Positions 1-13,090 of a stretch of DNA of 64,000 bases are shown one piece after another; within the stretch, counting starts at the first letter, position 1, and each line of letters begins with the position of its first letter. Origin of the DNA: Massalongia carnosa. Taxonomy: Eukaryota. The position numbers were made by a program, and so were the translations under genes. The DNA is taken from contig OZ287073.1 of the NCBI GenBank assembly GCA_965645245.1, forward strand, positions 2,294,001-2,358,000, in the 5' to 3' direction. A model generated the notes under the pieces. It had not been told where the DNA came from and made no database searches. It saw nothing but the letters and a program-made list of their open reading frames with translations.

Positions 1-684
1 TCAGAGCAATCTTTCTGTCTCTCTTTATTCTGCTCTTGAATCCTGCTACGTTTGCCTTCTCTCAACCCTTTACGTTTATTTCAAACGACGACGAAGACCG
101 AATTCCTATTCCACCCGTCCTCTTCCGCGCGATCAAATACACCTCGATCCTTGATCTCGAAGACGACGGAAACCCTTTTGACTTCGCCTACCGAAAAGTC
201 CTCGTTATATCGTCAGGCCTTTACACCGATTCCTCCAATTATCGCGACGTAAACATTGCGGGAAACGGCGTCCGACTGATGCTGCCTTACAGAGTTGGCG
301 AGCACGATTTCGCGAAGAGGAGCAATAATAAGATGTCCGAGAACTCTGTGGAGTTGTATCAGCATGAATATCAAGTGTTTGGCGTAGTGGATACGCGAGC
401 TCAACGATTAGTCAAAATCTTTGAGAGTGGCTCGAGATGGTGGAGAGGGGAGATTGGGAGATTGACGAGGACGAGGTTGCGACTCCGTAGAACGATTTCA
501 TGACGCGGATATGGAGAATTGGCGGCAATATTGGATTGGATCGTCCTTGTGAGTGAGGCCATGGAAATACGGGATCGTAAGGTCTTGGCCGGTTGGAAAA
601 CATATCTTAGACGGGGTTGTCTAAGAGATGCTTCATTGTGATAAATAAGGGTCATAGAATAATCACACGATAAGCTGTGGACTA

Positions 685-2014
685 CAGTCCCGTGCCAAAA
701 GTCTGCGGCCCAACCCGTAATTTTCGTGATTTCGCGTTTTCAACTCATCAACCCCCTATCTTCCACCTCATCATTTCACCATGCTTCGTGCTTCTTTGAC
801 CCCCATAAGTGGTAATCGGCCTCGTAACACTGAATTGACGCCATATCAACGTGGTATGATTGTTGGGGCCCAGGCGTTGGGGCACATACCGACCGAGATT
901 GGGAAGACTCTTAATTTCACTAAATCGACCGTGCAGAGCACCATTCAGAAGCACTCAATTCGCAACGACGGCGTGTCTAAATCACGTTCTGGACGGCCTG
1001 AAGTGCTGTCAGAACGCGATCGACGTTATATCATCAAGCATGCACGAATCAATCCACGAATCACTTATGCACAAATCAAACTAGAAGTGGGGCTCGGCTG
1101 CAGTCGTACGACTATTTATCGGGCACTCAAACTGTATGGTTTAACCAACTGGGTGGCTAAAAAACGACCTTTATTGACGCCTGAGGTGGCCAAGAAACGA
1201 TTGGATTAGTGCTTGCTGCGGCGTGAGTGGACTTTTGAGCAGTGGTCAAGAGTTATATGGTCAGATGAGTGCTCGGTGGAAAAGGGGTCAGGAAAACAGC
1301 GTCAGTGGGTGTTCAGATTGCCGAAAGAAAAATGGAATAAAGAGATGATACAACCTGTCCCCAAAGGCAAAGGAGTCAGTGTCATGGTCTGGGCAGCTTT
1401 TTGGGGAGATGACAGGTCAGATCTTTACAAATTGGCTCGTGATTTTGCTGCGAAGAAGATGGGGTACTCGGCGAACTCATATATGGAACTATTGAACGAT
1501 AATCTGCTTGGAATTTGGCAACCGGGCCTCATTTTCATGCAGGATAACGCACCTATACATAAGGCTAAAAAGGTGATGGAATGGTTCAATGAGAACGGCA
1601 TAGAGGTCATCGATTGGCCCCCTTATTCACCTGATTTAAATCCCATCGAGCACGTTTGGTATGTGCTCAAAAAGCTCGTCTATCAAGTCAACCAGAACAT
1701 AGATTTGGTGATCGGCAGTGATGAAACTGTTCGTGAGGTACTTTGGAAAGCGTTAGAAGAAGCCTGGACGTTGATAGATGTGAAAATGATGAGGAGGTTA
1801 ATAGAGAGCATGAATAGGAGGATAAAATCGTGTATAGCGTCGGAAGGATGGTATACTAAATATTAAAAATTAATTTTTGGGGGAATTCTTGTTCAGTATG
1901 TATGTAATCATTATGTAAAGTTTCAAGACATTTCAGCAATCGTGACGTGGTTGATTGTTGATTGAATAAAAATGTTGGTGGGGTGCGGGGCCACAGACTT
2001 TTGGCCTAGTACTG
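685..2014 (+). mobile_element. Tc1/mariner (Tc1/impala-like) DNA transposon
   Basis: Imperfect ~27-bp TIRs (CAGTcccgtGCCAAAAGTCTGcGGCCC at 685; right end revcomp CAGTactagGCCAAAAGTCTGtGGCCC ending at 2014). TA on both sides (683-684, 2015-2016). Encloses a DD34E transposase. Confidence 0.95.
781..1866 (+). pseudogene. Tc1-family DD34E transposase with one in-frame stop
   Basis: N-terminal HTH with GRP motif, then WSDE, FMQDNA and SPDLNPIE (34 residues between second D and E). ORFs 781-1209 and 1213-1866 are in the same frame, split by TAG at 1207-1209 (probably TGG>TAG). Confidence 0.92.
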
Positions 2015-2238
2015 TAATTACTTGACTACAAAAAGAGGTTTATTGGGAACCATACTACAGCTCACCCACACAGGTTCACCCTCGTTCATGATTGGGGGGA
2101 GTGCGGCGCATAATTCTATCTTCTTGGCCAATAAGCTCAGCCAATCAGACAGGCACTGTGTCTTCTTGCAAGGCTATAGCCTCTTCACATGTTTCCCCCC
2201 GCTCTTCCAACTACAAGATCGCAAAACCTTGAACAAAG

Positions 2239-5200
2239 ATGCCTTCCAAGTTCAAGGGCTTTAAAAAGTTCAGATCACAGTTACCATTGCCGACGGCGTT
2301 CCCGCCAATTCCTGAAGCGTCCGGCGGGCACTCTTCAGAAGACGTTGCGCCGCAAGACCTACTCACCGATCATCCATCACAAACTATCACCAGTCAGACA
2401 TTGACTGCGACAAATACACCAGTTCCTTCAGCGCCCATCGGAGAAGGCCAAAATTATGGTGTAAGAGTGTTACACGATGGTGGCCCTGAGGCGCGTGTCG
2501 ATATCGTGTTCGTGCATGGATTGACGGGTAATTCGTACACCACCTGGCTTCACAAAGACAAAAGGGTACATTGGCCAAACGACCTTCTAAAGCAAGACCT
2601 TCCAGACGTCCGCATCCTGAGCTTTGGTTATGATGCAGATATCGCCAACTTCTGGAACCCCACATCAAACAGTCGCCTGAGTAATCATGCTGAGAATATG
2701 GTCGGCGAGCTGGTGCGAAACCGAGAGCGGACGAACACTGAAACTAGAAAGATATTATTTGTTGCTCACAGTCTCGGTGGACTTGTTGTTCAGGACGCTC
2801 TCAAACAGTCGAGGAGTGCCGTCGAGGAGCGTTGCGCGGCTGGAATGGTTTTTCTCGGCGTTCCGCATTATGGAGCCGATCTTGCATCGTGGGCAACCTT
2901 TGGGACGCGGATGACGGGTATTCTTGTGCGAGCAAATAAAGACATCGTAAAGATACTGAAGCCAGGATCCGAAATGCTACGGGTGGTGCAGGAAGGCTTT
3001 CATAATATTCTGAGGCTGAGAAAGGATGAAGGATCTGAAATCTCGATCACATGCTTTTATGAAGAGCTCGGTGTGATTGGAGTTGGAGAGGTATGATAAC
3101 AAACGCATTTCAGGAGATCCTGACCCTGAGTTATTTAGATTGTGCCTCAGCATTCCGCAGAGATCAAGGGTTACAGTTGTTATGGCATTCACGCAAATCA
3201 TATGGTAACTTCAGTAACGCCATTGAATGTATTACTGTTAATCATCGTAGGACATGACAAAGTTCTCAAATCGAGAAGATCGAGGATATGACGCCATTCT
3301 TGGTGAGCTTCAACGCTGGAAAAAGTCGGCCTGTCAAGCACATGAAAATGAGTCTCGATCAGGTCAGACTTGAATTTTAGTTACAGCTCCGCCGCCACTT
3401 AATTCATAACTTATAAATTTCAACGTTAAACCTAATCTTCTTATTCTTAAATGTAGATAAAATCACGAAACGTCGAGAAAATATGTCGATCGGAAAAAGT
3501 CTTGAGATAAGTGATAACGAAAATGCTAAAGCAACGACGGGGCTTAATTTCACTAGTTAATATTCTCTTCAACCTCTCGTTCACTTTCAGTGCGGGTCTT
3601 TGATATATTACAAGATTCATGATCGTCTAACTTCATAATATGTAAATAGATTCTATAATGCCCAATCCATGGATCGTTCCCCGTAGTGCTAGTCGTCTGT
3701 ATACTGGACGTCGGGAGCTTGGTGAGCGCCTTGCTCAAGCGTTCTTACTTGATCCCGTAATGCCTTCCAGACATCAAAGGATTTTTGTCATAATCGGAAT
3801 AGGAGGTACAGGCAAGAGCGAAGTTTGTCTGAAGTTCGCAGAAGATCATCGAGATCAGTATGTAAAATTTAACCTGCTGTCAATATTTCGCTGACAAGCT
3901 AGGTATTGGGGAGTTTTCTGGCTTGACGCCGGAAGCATCGCCACGGCTGATCAGGGATATATCGACATCCGACGACAGTGTGGTGTGGCTAAGCCAAGCG
4001 TTGAAAATGTCAAATCATGGCTAGCTTGCAATAGTCAGCGGTGGCTTCTAATAATTGATAACGCCGATGATCAAGAGATTGATTATTCAAAATATATACC
4101 CTCCGGTAGAAGAGGCGATATCTTGCTCACAACACGTATTAAAGAATGTGTTGAATATGAGACCGTAGGAAGTGAAACGTTAGACTGTCTCGAGATTGAG
4201 CTTGCGAGAGAGCTACTACTTCGGACTCTTCATATCACAGGGAGTAGTTGGAAAGACAAAGAGAAAGCTGCTACAATCGTTGTCGAAAGTCTTGGATCAC
4301 ATACGCTAGCAATAATTCAAGCAGGCGTGTATATGAAGAAAAATAGATGCTCACTTGAAAATTATTCAATCATCTTTCAACGGCAGATGAAAGAGTTGTT
4401 GAAATTTCATTCGAAGCAAAACATGTCGACATATTGCAATGTGTATGCAACATTCGAGGTTTCTCTAAAGTATATTCAGAACTCTGAAGTATCAGAGAAC
4501 TCGGATGCTTTGAATCTTCTTCATACTCTTGCCTTTATGCATAATAGAGAAATATCGGAGACAATATTTCAAAGGGCTTCCGAGTATGCCTCAGAGATCA
4601 TGAATGATGAGACAGATCATGATAACGAGGTCTTATTTTTATCCAAGTGCCACGTCGCAAGACTACCAGAATATATTCAGCAAGGACGGTCTATTATTCA
4701 AGACTGCTTGCGATGGCGCAAAGCTTGCGCAATTCTGGAGTCTTTATCGATTATCACTATGGATGAGAGTAACGGTTTCATCATTATTTCTATGCATTCT
4801 CTGATACATGCATGGGCGAAGGAGCGACAAGATCATCAAACTCGATGCATAGCATGGCAGTCAGCCGCGACGATCCTTGCATTATCATGTAAGGGTAAGT
4901 ATGAATATTTTCCTGTTTTCATCTCCCTACAATCTCATGTGCGTGCCTGTGTAGACAACGAAATCGAGGACTATACACAGAACATATCTGATATGGAAAT
5001 TGCTCAAATTCTTTTTCAGTTTGCGTATGTTCTCCATTATATGGTCGATTATAACTCGTTAAGTTCTCTCGTTCAACGCATTCGCTCGAGGCTAGGAAAT
5101 AGAAATGAAGTAAATCAAGAAATAATATTTCAGATTAAAGTCTTTACTGCGCGAGTGTTTCGGTGGCATGGAAATTTTGTAGAAGCGATTGATGTCTTTA

Positions 5201-6615
5201 AAGAAATTTATAAGAGTCGAACTAAGACCCTGGCGGAAGATCATCCTGATCGACTCGATTCGCAGCTTGAGCTCGCTAGTGCTTATAGAGACAACAGGCA
5301 AATCGATGAAGCTATAAAGCTGCTTGAGCATGTTGTCAAAGTCAGAGAAAAACTGGCGATTGATCATCCTTCTCGACTCGATTCGCAGCATGAGCTCGCC
5401 AGTGCTTACATAGACAACAGGCAAATCGACGAAGCTATAAAGCTGCTCGAGCATGTTGTCAAAGTCAGAGAAAAACTGGCGAATGATCATCCTGATCGAC
5501 TCGTTTCGCAGCATGAGCTCGCCAGGACTTACAGATACAGAGACAACGGGCAAAGCGACGAAGCTATGGAGCTGCTCGAGCATGTTGTCAAAATTGAAGA
5601 AAAACTGACGGAAGATCATCCTAATCGACTCAATTCACAGCATGAGCTCGCCAGGGCTTACAAAAAAAACGGGCAAATCGACGAAGCTATAAAGATGCTC
5701 GAGCATGTTGTCAAAGTCAGAGAAAAACTGACGAAAGATCATCCCGATCGACTCGGTTCGCAGCATGACCTCGCCAGGGCTTACAAAAAAAACGGGCAAA
5801 TCGACGAAGCTATAAAGCTGCTCGAGCATGTTGTCAAAATTGATGAAAAACTGACGGAAGATCATCCCCATCGACTCGCTTCGATGTATGAGCTCGCCAG
5901 TGCTTACAGAGTCAACGGGCAAATCGACGAAGCTATAAAGCTGCTCGAGCATGTTGTCAAAATTGATGAAAAACTGACGGAAGATCATCCTTCTCGACTC
6001 GCTTCGCAGCATGAGCTCGCCAGTGCTTACAAAAAAAACGGACAAATCGACGAAGCTATAAAGCTGCTCGAGCGTGTTGTCAAAATACGAGAAAAATTGG
6101 CGGAAGATAATCCTTATCGACTCGATTCACAGCATGTACTCGCCTGTGCTTACAGAGACAACGGGCAAATCGGCGAAGCTATAAAGCTGCTCGAGCTTGT
6201 TGTCAAAGTCAAAGAAAAACTGGCGCAAGATCATCCTGATCGACTCCATTCGATGCATGAGCTCGCCAGGGCTTACGGAGTCAACGGGCAAATCGACGAA
6301 GCTATAAAGCTGCTCGAGCACGTTGTCAAAATTGATGAAAAACTGACGGAAGATCATCCTAATCGACTCCATTCGATGCATGAGCTCGCCAGGGCTTACG
6401 GAGTCAACGGGCAAATCGACGAAGCTATAAAGCTGCTCGAGCACGTTGTCAAAATTGATGAAAAACTGACGGAAGATCATCCTAATCGACTCGCTTCGGA
6501 GCATGATCTTGCGATGTTACTAGAGCGAACGAGCAAGTCGGCAAGAGATAAAGATAAAAAGAAATCCGACCATGATGACAATAAGAAGAAAAAATCTTCA
6601 GCGCGTTCCGCCTAG
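2239..6615 (+). CDS. Fungal NLR: SesB-like alpha/beta hydrolase + NB-ARC + TPR array; predicted exons 2239-3090, 3139-3204, 3251-3362, 3457-3555, 3650-3857, 3903-6615 (1349 aa)
   Basis: Hydrolase motifs DIVFVHGL, AHSLGG, FLGVPH, CFYE, IHANHMDMTKF. Walker A GIGGTGKS, Walker B WLLIIDNAD, LAIIQAG. Five GT-AG introns keep the frame (total 4050 nt). The intron 4 donor (GTTAAT) is weak, so a split into two products is possible. Confidence 0.85.
5239..6510 (+). repeat. Highly conserved tandem TPR array: 10 full 123-nt (41-aa) units plus a partial unit
   Basis: Unit approximately DHPxRLxSxHELAxAYxxNGQIDEAIKLLEHVVKxxEKLxE. Unit 3 has a 2-aa insertion. Confidence 0.95.
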
Positions 6616-8527
6616 AAAAAAACGTCGACTTAATTCGAAGCATAAGATAACCTTAGGCGGACAGAGAGATAAGATGGTGGGAAACATACAGAACTTGACG
6701 TATAAGATCAAATTTAAACAGAAAACGCTAAAATCGGCGCTTCAATGATTTGTTGATTGTGTATGTGTATCATTCTGTCTGAACCCCTAAAAGATGCTTT
6801 TATACAGCTCTCTTCCCCTACCCAACGAAATAGCTAAAACCTGAAGAGCGCGCGGTCTTTACAATATGACCTCTGCTGAACATGTTTCAAGATTTCTATT
6901 GTTAGCAGTCCGACATCTATTCCTTGACAAAAGAAATCCTTTTTGTTGATTATAAAGGTCCGAAAGTTATAATAGAGGATAGATAATGCCGGGGCGAAAT
7001 AAACGATAAATGCTGAAGGTCGAAAGGGGTTAATATCCAAGTTGGTCAAGACTAAAGAAAGGACATAAATAGATGAGCCTTTGACACCTTTCTTGTAGTT
7101 ATTATCATCGATTAGGAGTTCAGGATCAAAAGAGATTCTTATCTAAATCAAACACCTATTATTTACTCGACTCACGCTTATTAACCACTTTCATTTCCTA
7201 TTCGTTATCATATCCTTCTAACGCCCCTAAAGAGTTACTAAGCCCTCCACCTGTTCCGGAAACACATCCGGGCTTAATCACCGTCCTACGCGTCGCACTC
7301 GAATCTTCAGAAAAGGTGCTCAGTCCGGAAGATTAAATCCATATCTTCATCTCCTTTTCTCTTTCAAATACCTAAGGCTCGTGGGAAATTTTCGAAATGA
7401 TGTTGTGAGCGTTTTCTGAGCATGAGAACCGCTAGTGCAACGCAGCCACCTTGTGTTTATTGCTATTCTAGTGTTTGGGCAAAGTCCTGACCCTAGGGTG
7501 TGGCATGACACCGTTCGTGCGCCGTCCGCGCCGGGTACGGAGCCGAAACGGGTAGGCTACGGGGTCCATAGACGCTGTAGATGCGAACCCTGGGGTTAAG
7601 ACTTACTCTATCTATCTAAGCGATAGACTGTTAAGGAGAGGGCGGGTGGGAGAAACAGCGAAACACGATTTTGATGAGTGTTGATGAGGAAAGAGAGAAG
7701 AGATGGAGGGATAGAGGAGGTGAAGAGTTTTTCACCTATCTGCTAGCGTCCGGCCCTATCCCGCTTACACGCCGGGTGCCGTCCGTCACGGTGACAACTT
7801 CACTAGCCCCCAGCAAGCTAGTGCGTTTATAGGATCTGCTATTGAGTCTTAGAATTCAGCAAAAAGCTACGACAACTGCTCTCATGTAGAAGAAGCCCCG
7901 TTATCTTTAGAACATAACTGATACTCTGGCGATTAGGTACCTAATGCATTGGAGCGGAGAGAAACGAAGTCGTGGAAGACTGGCAGGCGGAGGTCAATGT
8001 TTTTTTTAAATAGCTCGTGTTGAGATTTTAAATAAGATTAATGTTTTCGACTTCATAAATTTTAGACACTTGCAATCCTTTTGTTGAACAAAAACAACCA
8101 GGCATACGGCAGCGGGATGCAGGAGAAGAGGGTCTAGGGCTATCAAGGATAGGCAAAGAGAAGTGCTTAGCAAACGTGATGCAGGTACTCCGTATTTCCA
8201 GTGAAGATACTCCAAATTTAGCTATCTGCTGAACTGAATTCTGAACGACCGAATAGCTAAATCACATGAGGAATCACCGTCTCTTTATACTGCTTGAGTG
8301 CCTCCATCTCGGCCTATATCAAATGCATGAACCTGCTTCCTTTGAACCTTTTCAGCTGGGCAAAATACACCTCGTTGCTGACCGGAGACACCGAGACACT
8401 CATTGATCATGAACAGCTGAATTGCCTCCGAAATGTAGCAGTTTTGCTGCATACCTTTGCCTCCTCGTAGTTGCCGAAGTCGTGCTGATATCTGAAGCTT
8501 TTCGCATATAGCGAGAAGACTCGGGAC

Positions 8528-10251
8528 CGAGATGCTTAGGGACAGTCCCCCCGACCGTCCCCCCCCTATGTAAATCTTTACTAGTAAACAGCCATTTTAC
8601 TACTCCTCCAGGGTGCGTACAAGCTAGCAGTGACTAAGTGTATTCAACACCTACAAATCTACCTATTGCGATGACTTCAACTCCAAAAACTCGTCAATCA
8701 ATTGCGATACATCATCTTTTCAAGGCTTCATGATTTCAGCCATCTTTCTCATCGCCGTTTGATTTCTTCGTCACACCCCGAGACCTTCGCGTTGTTGCAG
8801 AGGAAGTAGAGAGAATTTGACTGACGCGCACGTTTTGGCTAAGACTATAAAGAGATGAAGACGGCGCTGCCTGAGATAGGGCTTTTTGATTATGCTTGGC
8901 AAACACATCGTCAATTCACTCTTCGAGTGAATCCGACGAGGCTTCTGATGTAAGAATAACATCATGAAGGAAGCATAGAACCCATAAAACGACCGAGAAT
9001 GAGCTGAGTGCTTATATACTGCACCTCGTCATCGTCGTCGAAGACGATAGGCGCGTTTTCGATTCTCTTCATAATTAAGTTTTCTCCTAAACCTATTGTA
9101 CAAGGTACTCAATATTAGCCGACCCGGGCGCAATAACTTTGCAACATCGTGAGTTTTACTTTCCGTTTCACCTTCAACCTCATCGTCGCCCGCAGCACGC
9201 AATCTATTATATCTAAGCCTCCTCCCTTGTTCAATAGAGTCCCTTCGCCTAGTACGTCGCTGTTCAGTTTCTCTAGCCTCAGCTGCCTCGCGACCAGTGT
9301 AGGCACGTCGACGACTCCCTCCTTTCTTAATATGAGGTTTTCTTTGGGCCGAATTTCGTCGGGGAATGTGGTGGGGATGAGAGGTCTTACCAGCTCCTTC
9401 TTTTGCCATTTCTTATTGAACTTTTCAACGATGTGAGCATGCTCGCGAGCGTGCTTATCCCTTCGAGGAGAATCTTCTTTTGATTGATGCAGGTTAATAG
9501 ATTGATATGCCACAGAATGTAGCAAATCAAGGCCCGCCGCGGCGAAATCTATCCTCACTCAACACGCCTTCTTCGAGCTCGACCTCATCCTTATCCGCCT
9601 CAATCTTTCCCGTCACTTCGACCTCATCGACGATCTTTTCGACCTCGGGCTCCGAGCCGCGAGCGAGATCGAAGGTCATTTGCCAAGAGACCGCATAAGG
9701 TGGGCTATCAAAAAACCAGCGGGGGTGGATGAGGGAAACGGGAATAGGGACCGAGTCGATGATGCTATACAACCAGCATTTGCATGGGAGACCGTACCTT
9801 AAATGCAATTCACAATCGAAGACACAGCTTCCACCATCAGGGACAATAGAAAGGATTCGTTCAGCTAATGATTTGGCGGCATCGAGTTCTCTTGAAACGA
9901 GGCCAATGGCATGATGCGTAATTTTCCCAATGAGTAGCGTAAAAGCATTTCTATCGATCAATCTAGGATTGCGTATTCGCTGTTGTTTTTTCCGCACCTC
10001 ATCACATATTTTCTGCACCGAATTGTCTTATAGGCAAGGGCTAATGGTAAGTGAGGGTGAGGGTATGCTTTATCAGACCGAGTAGGATAATTATAAGTAG
10101 CAATAACACGTCATACGATTTAAACCGAAAAGAGTTTAATGTGCTATTGGCAGTTGCATTACTAGCTTTTACGCACCCTGAGCAATGAAATGGCTGTTTA
10201 CTAGCAAAGATTTACACAGGACGGTCGAGGGGACTGTCCCTAAGCATCTCG
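8528..10251 (-). mobile_element. Non-autonomous Mutator/MULE element (internal deletion derivative)
   Basis: About 100-bp TIRs beginning CGAGATGCTTAGGGACAGTCCCC. Perfect 9-bp TSD ACTCGGGAC at 8519-8527 and 10252-10260. The minus-strand remnant 9527-10018 has a SWIM-like C-x-C...GLPCxC and IHPRW, typical of fungal MULE transposase C-termini; no DDE core seen. Confidence 0.9.
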
Positions 10252-10412
10252 ACTCGGGACAGTTCCCCCCTATCCCCCCAGCGAAAACCATTGCAAATTA
10301 GGACTAGCTACAAGCCACCTCCCCATACTAAATATGTGCACGTCCACCGTCTCTCCGCAAGCTTCCTCTTGTTGATTTAGCCTAGTCTCGCATTCTGAAA
10401 AATCCTCATCTA

Positions 10413-12770
10413 CCGTATTAATTGACATATAAGACCCTACTTTTATATAAAACCCCCCTACCTATAAAACTCTGTTCAAAATGACTGTTTTCTGACCGAG
10501 GGGGTCTGACCTATAAAACCATATTTGGGACAATTTGGAATGATTTGTAATCTATAGGGCAATTTTGTATGTGAAACTAACAGAGTTCTCCCAAAAATTC
10601 TCTGAAATCAATCTTCCTCTACGTCCATCTCGCTATCATCATGATCATTTGTTTCATCGTCTGAAACAATCAATAACAAACTCATTCCCATCCTCTATCT
10701 GCACCTCATCACCAGCCTTCTGAATATTATCGACCGTGTCGGGCTCTTCCACCCTCTTGTATATCCTCCTGACCGGCCGAAAGCCTCCATTCTCCGACTT
10801 TTACGTCTGGAATGTCTTTGATTGAGAGCTCGTTATCTTCCGAACCATCTATAGCTAAAGATAATCCAAGCTTTCGAAAGGTCTGACGAATCAGAGAGGC
10901 ATTCTCGCGATGAATATCCCTCCATGCCTGACCCACCCAGTGTGCTAGCATAATCCGTCGTTCACCAACCGTGTATGAGCCTTTGTTCCACTTCTCGAAA
11001 TTCTCATCATAATGAATGTCGGCCAGCTCGGAAATTCGATTTTTCAGAGGTTTGTTGATGGCTACGTCGAGAACCTGCACAAATCCGGTACAGCCGGATG
11101 GAATAAACGATGCCGTGACATTCAAATCTCGAAAGACTTGTTTAACCTGTCAATTTGTTAGTAATCTGAAGTAGCATTGAATTTAATTACAAACCTCGTC
11201 GGTTTTTTGTCCCGCAAATACATCTAAGGATAAAAATCGTCCAGTAGTAATGTTTGAAAATCCTGTAGTTGCGAATTTATACTGCTGTTTTAGCCATCGA
11301 ATCATGACTTTTGTATTGCAGTAAGCCTTTGCGTTCCATTGAACCACCACCCCTGAATCATACTGCTGCATTTCTTTTTTGATGCGACTGCTCTTGACGA
11401 CATCTTGACCCTGAAATATAAGAAGAGGTTTGCAGCGATTCACACCATCAGCAGAAACATAAACCATCAATGTGGCTCGCCTTTTGTCCCATCCAGAGCG
11501 ATGAGTCTTTATCCATATGGTTTTAGCTCCCTTGAAGTCATAACACTGACCCTGAAGAAACTCGTTAAGCAATGGGAGTTTGATCCATATTACCAATATC
11601 GCAAAGACGACATCTTCCTCCTCCATGCAAAGGAATTTGATTCGATAATGGCTGAGAATTGCGACGATTAAACTGCAACCAGAGCTCGATTACACGACGA
11701 AAATTCTCGGGGACCTGGCATCGAAAGCGGTTAGATCATCTTGACGACATCGTTATTATCAGCCCTACCTGCTGAGCTTTTTTGGTATATAGGAGTTCTG
11801 ACAGCCACTCCACATCGTCGTCTGAACCCACTAAACCAACCATTGGAGAATTTAAACCCGACATATTCAGTCATCTTTCCAGTGTTCTTGATCACTCGAT
11901 GAGGATATAAGTCACCATACAACTGACGACCTTGACGGACAAACCATCGTTTATTAATTTTACGACCTGCGTCTCGAGCTTTTGTAAACAACACCAACAA
12001 ACGTTCTTCCAACTCAGGTTCCTGACAAAGACCGATAGCCTTCCTGTCTTTACGTTTGCCCCGAGATTGACCCTCGATGTCTAATTTGTTCTTGATCCAT
12101 TGTCTCAGCATCGCGGTGGTGATTCCGAGATCTTTGGCGGCGGCGTATTTGCTGATAAGTTTCAAACCTCCGTCCTTTTGAGTCTTCCATGTAGTCTGAG
12201 CATAACTGATAGCAGCTAATTTATGCTCTCTGGTGTAGGATAATTGATGACGAGGAGCATCGTGTTCATCAGAATTATCGCCTAATGCATCGCGATCTGC
12301 CTTCATTCGATAAAGCCGAAATTGTTCGACGATTTGAGCCTCATTACCATTCGAGGCTACAGGCATACTAGGCATAGGGGGTTGAATAAAGGCGTTTTTA
12401 GAAAGTCGGGCTTGATTCAAGCTACGAATACAAGACGGCTTCGAAGTTGGCCCAGGACGAGGCTGAATCGAAGGCTGAGCAGGATTTTGAACATGAGAAG
12501 AAGCCATAATCATATAATTGGTTGATGATAGGATGAGTTTAGATGAATAATGAATGGAAAGAGCATGCCAAAGGTCGAAAAATCGGGGAGAAATATTAAA
12601 TTAGTATGCGTTTTCGCGTTGTCTCTCCAGCTGACTAATATCTAGCCCCTATAAAACCTCACCCACTTATTAAACCCCCCTACGTGCCTACCTATAAAAC
12701 CCTGTTCTAATTGACCCTTTGACGGACCACCCCCCTATAAAACCAGGGTCTTATATGTCAATTAATACCG
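10413..12770 (-). mobile_element. pogo/Fot1-like DNA transposon
   Basis: TIRs CCGTATTAATTGACATATAAGACCCT and CGGTATTAATTGACATATAAGACCCT (revcomp of right end). TA on both flanks (10411-10412, 12771-12772). Subterminal CCTATAAAAC repeats at both ends. Confidence 0.92.
10727..12513 (-). pseudogene. pogo-type DD35D transposase with two introns (11715-11768, 11147-11194) and frameshifts
   Basis: HTH YTREHKLAAI, CENP-B-like FKFSNGWFSGFRRR, then NMDQTP, LSLDVF and QVLDV (35 residues between second and third D after splicing). Frameshifts near 11788 and 11568. Confidence 0.85.
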
Positions 12771-13090
12771 TATTTCACTATCAAGAGATATTCTTCTGAC
12801 GTAAATATAAATTCATCATAGAGCTCATTGTTATCATACATTCAGCTCAACAAATAATGTTCACCACATGGATAGGACCATTGGACTCCCACCGTGACAC
12901 CTGTCGGGATCAATCCAACCTGTTGCGCGGCGTACGCGCGCCTTCTGTATGAACTTATCAAGGATGATGAGTCAACTTTTAATGAACTGCGTTACATGAG
13001 GCAAACCGGGTAACATGATTGACACGAATGATCGAGACGTTGTGACCCAAGGGAGGACTTTCGACACGCAGTTTTGAATTAATCCGGACT

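Noticed and set aside
36..503. 155-aa ORF at the window start
   Set aside because: Non-ATG start and no recognisable motifs; cannot be supported from this window.
5092..6504. Repetitive minus-strand ORFs over the TPR array
   Set aside because: Antisense shadows of the tandem repeat; no independent gene signals.
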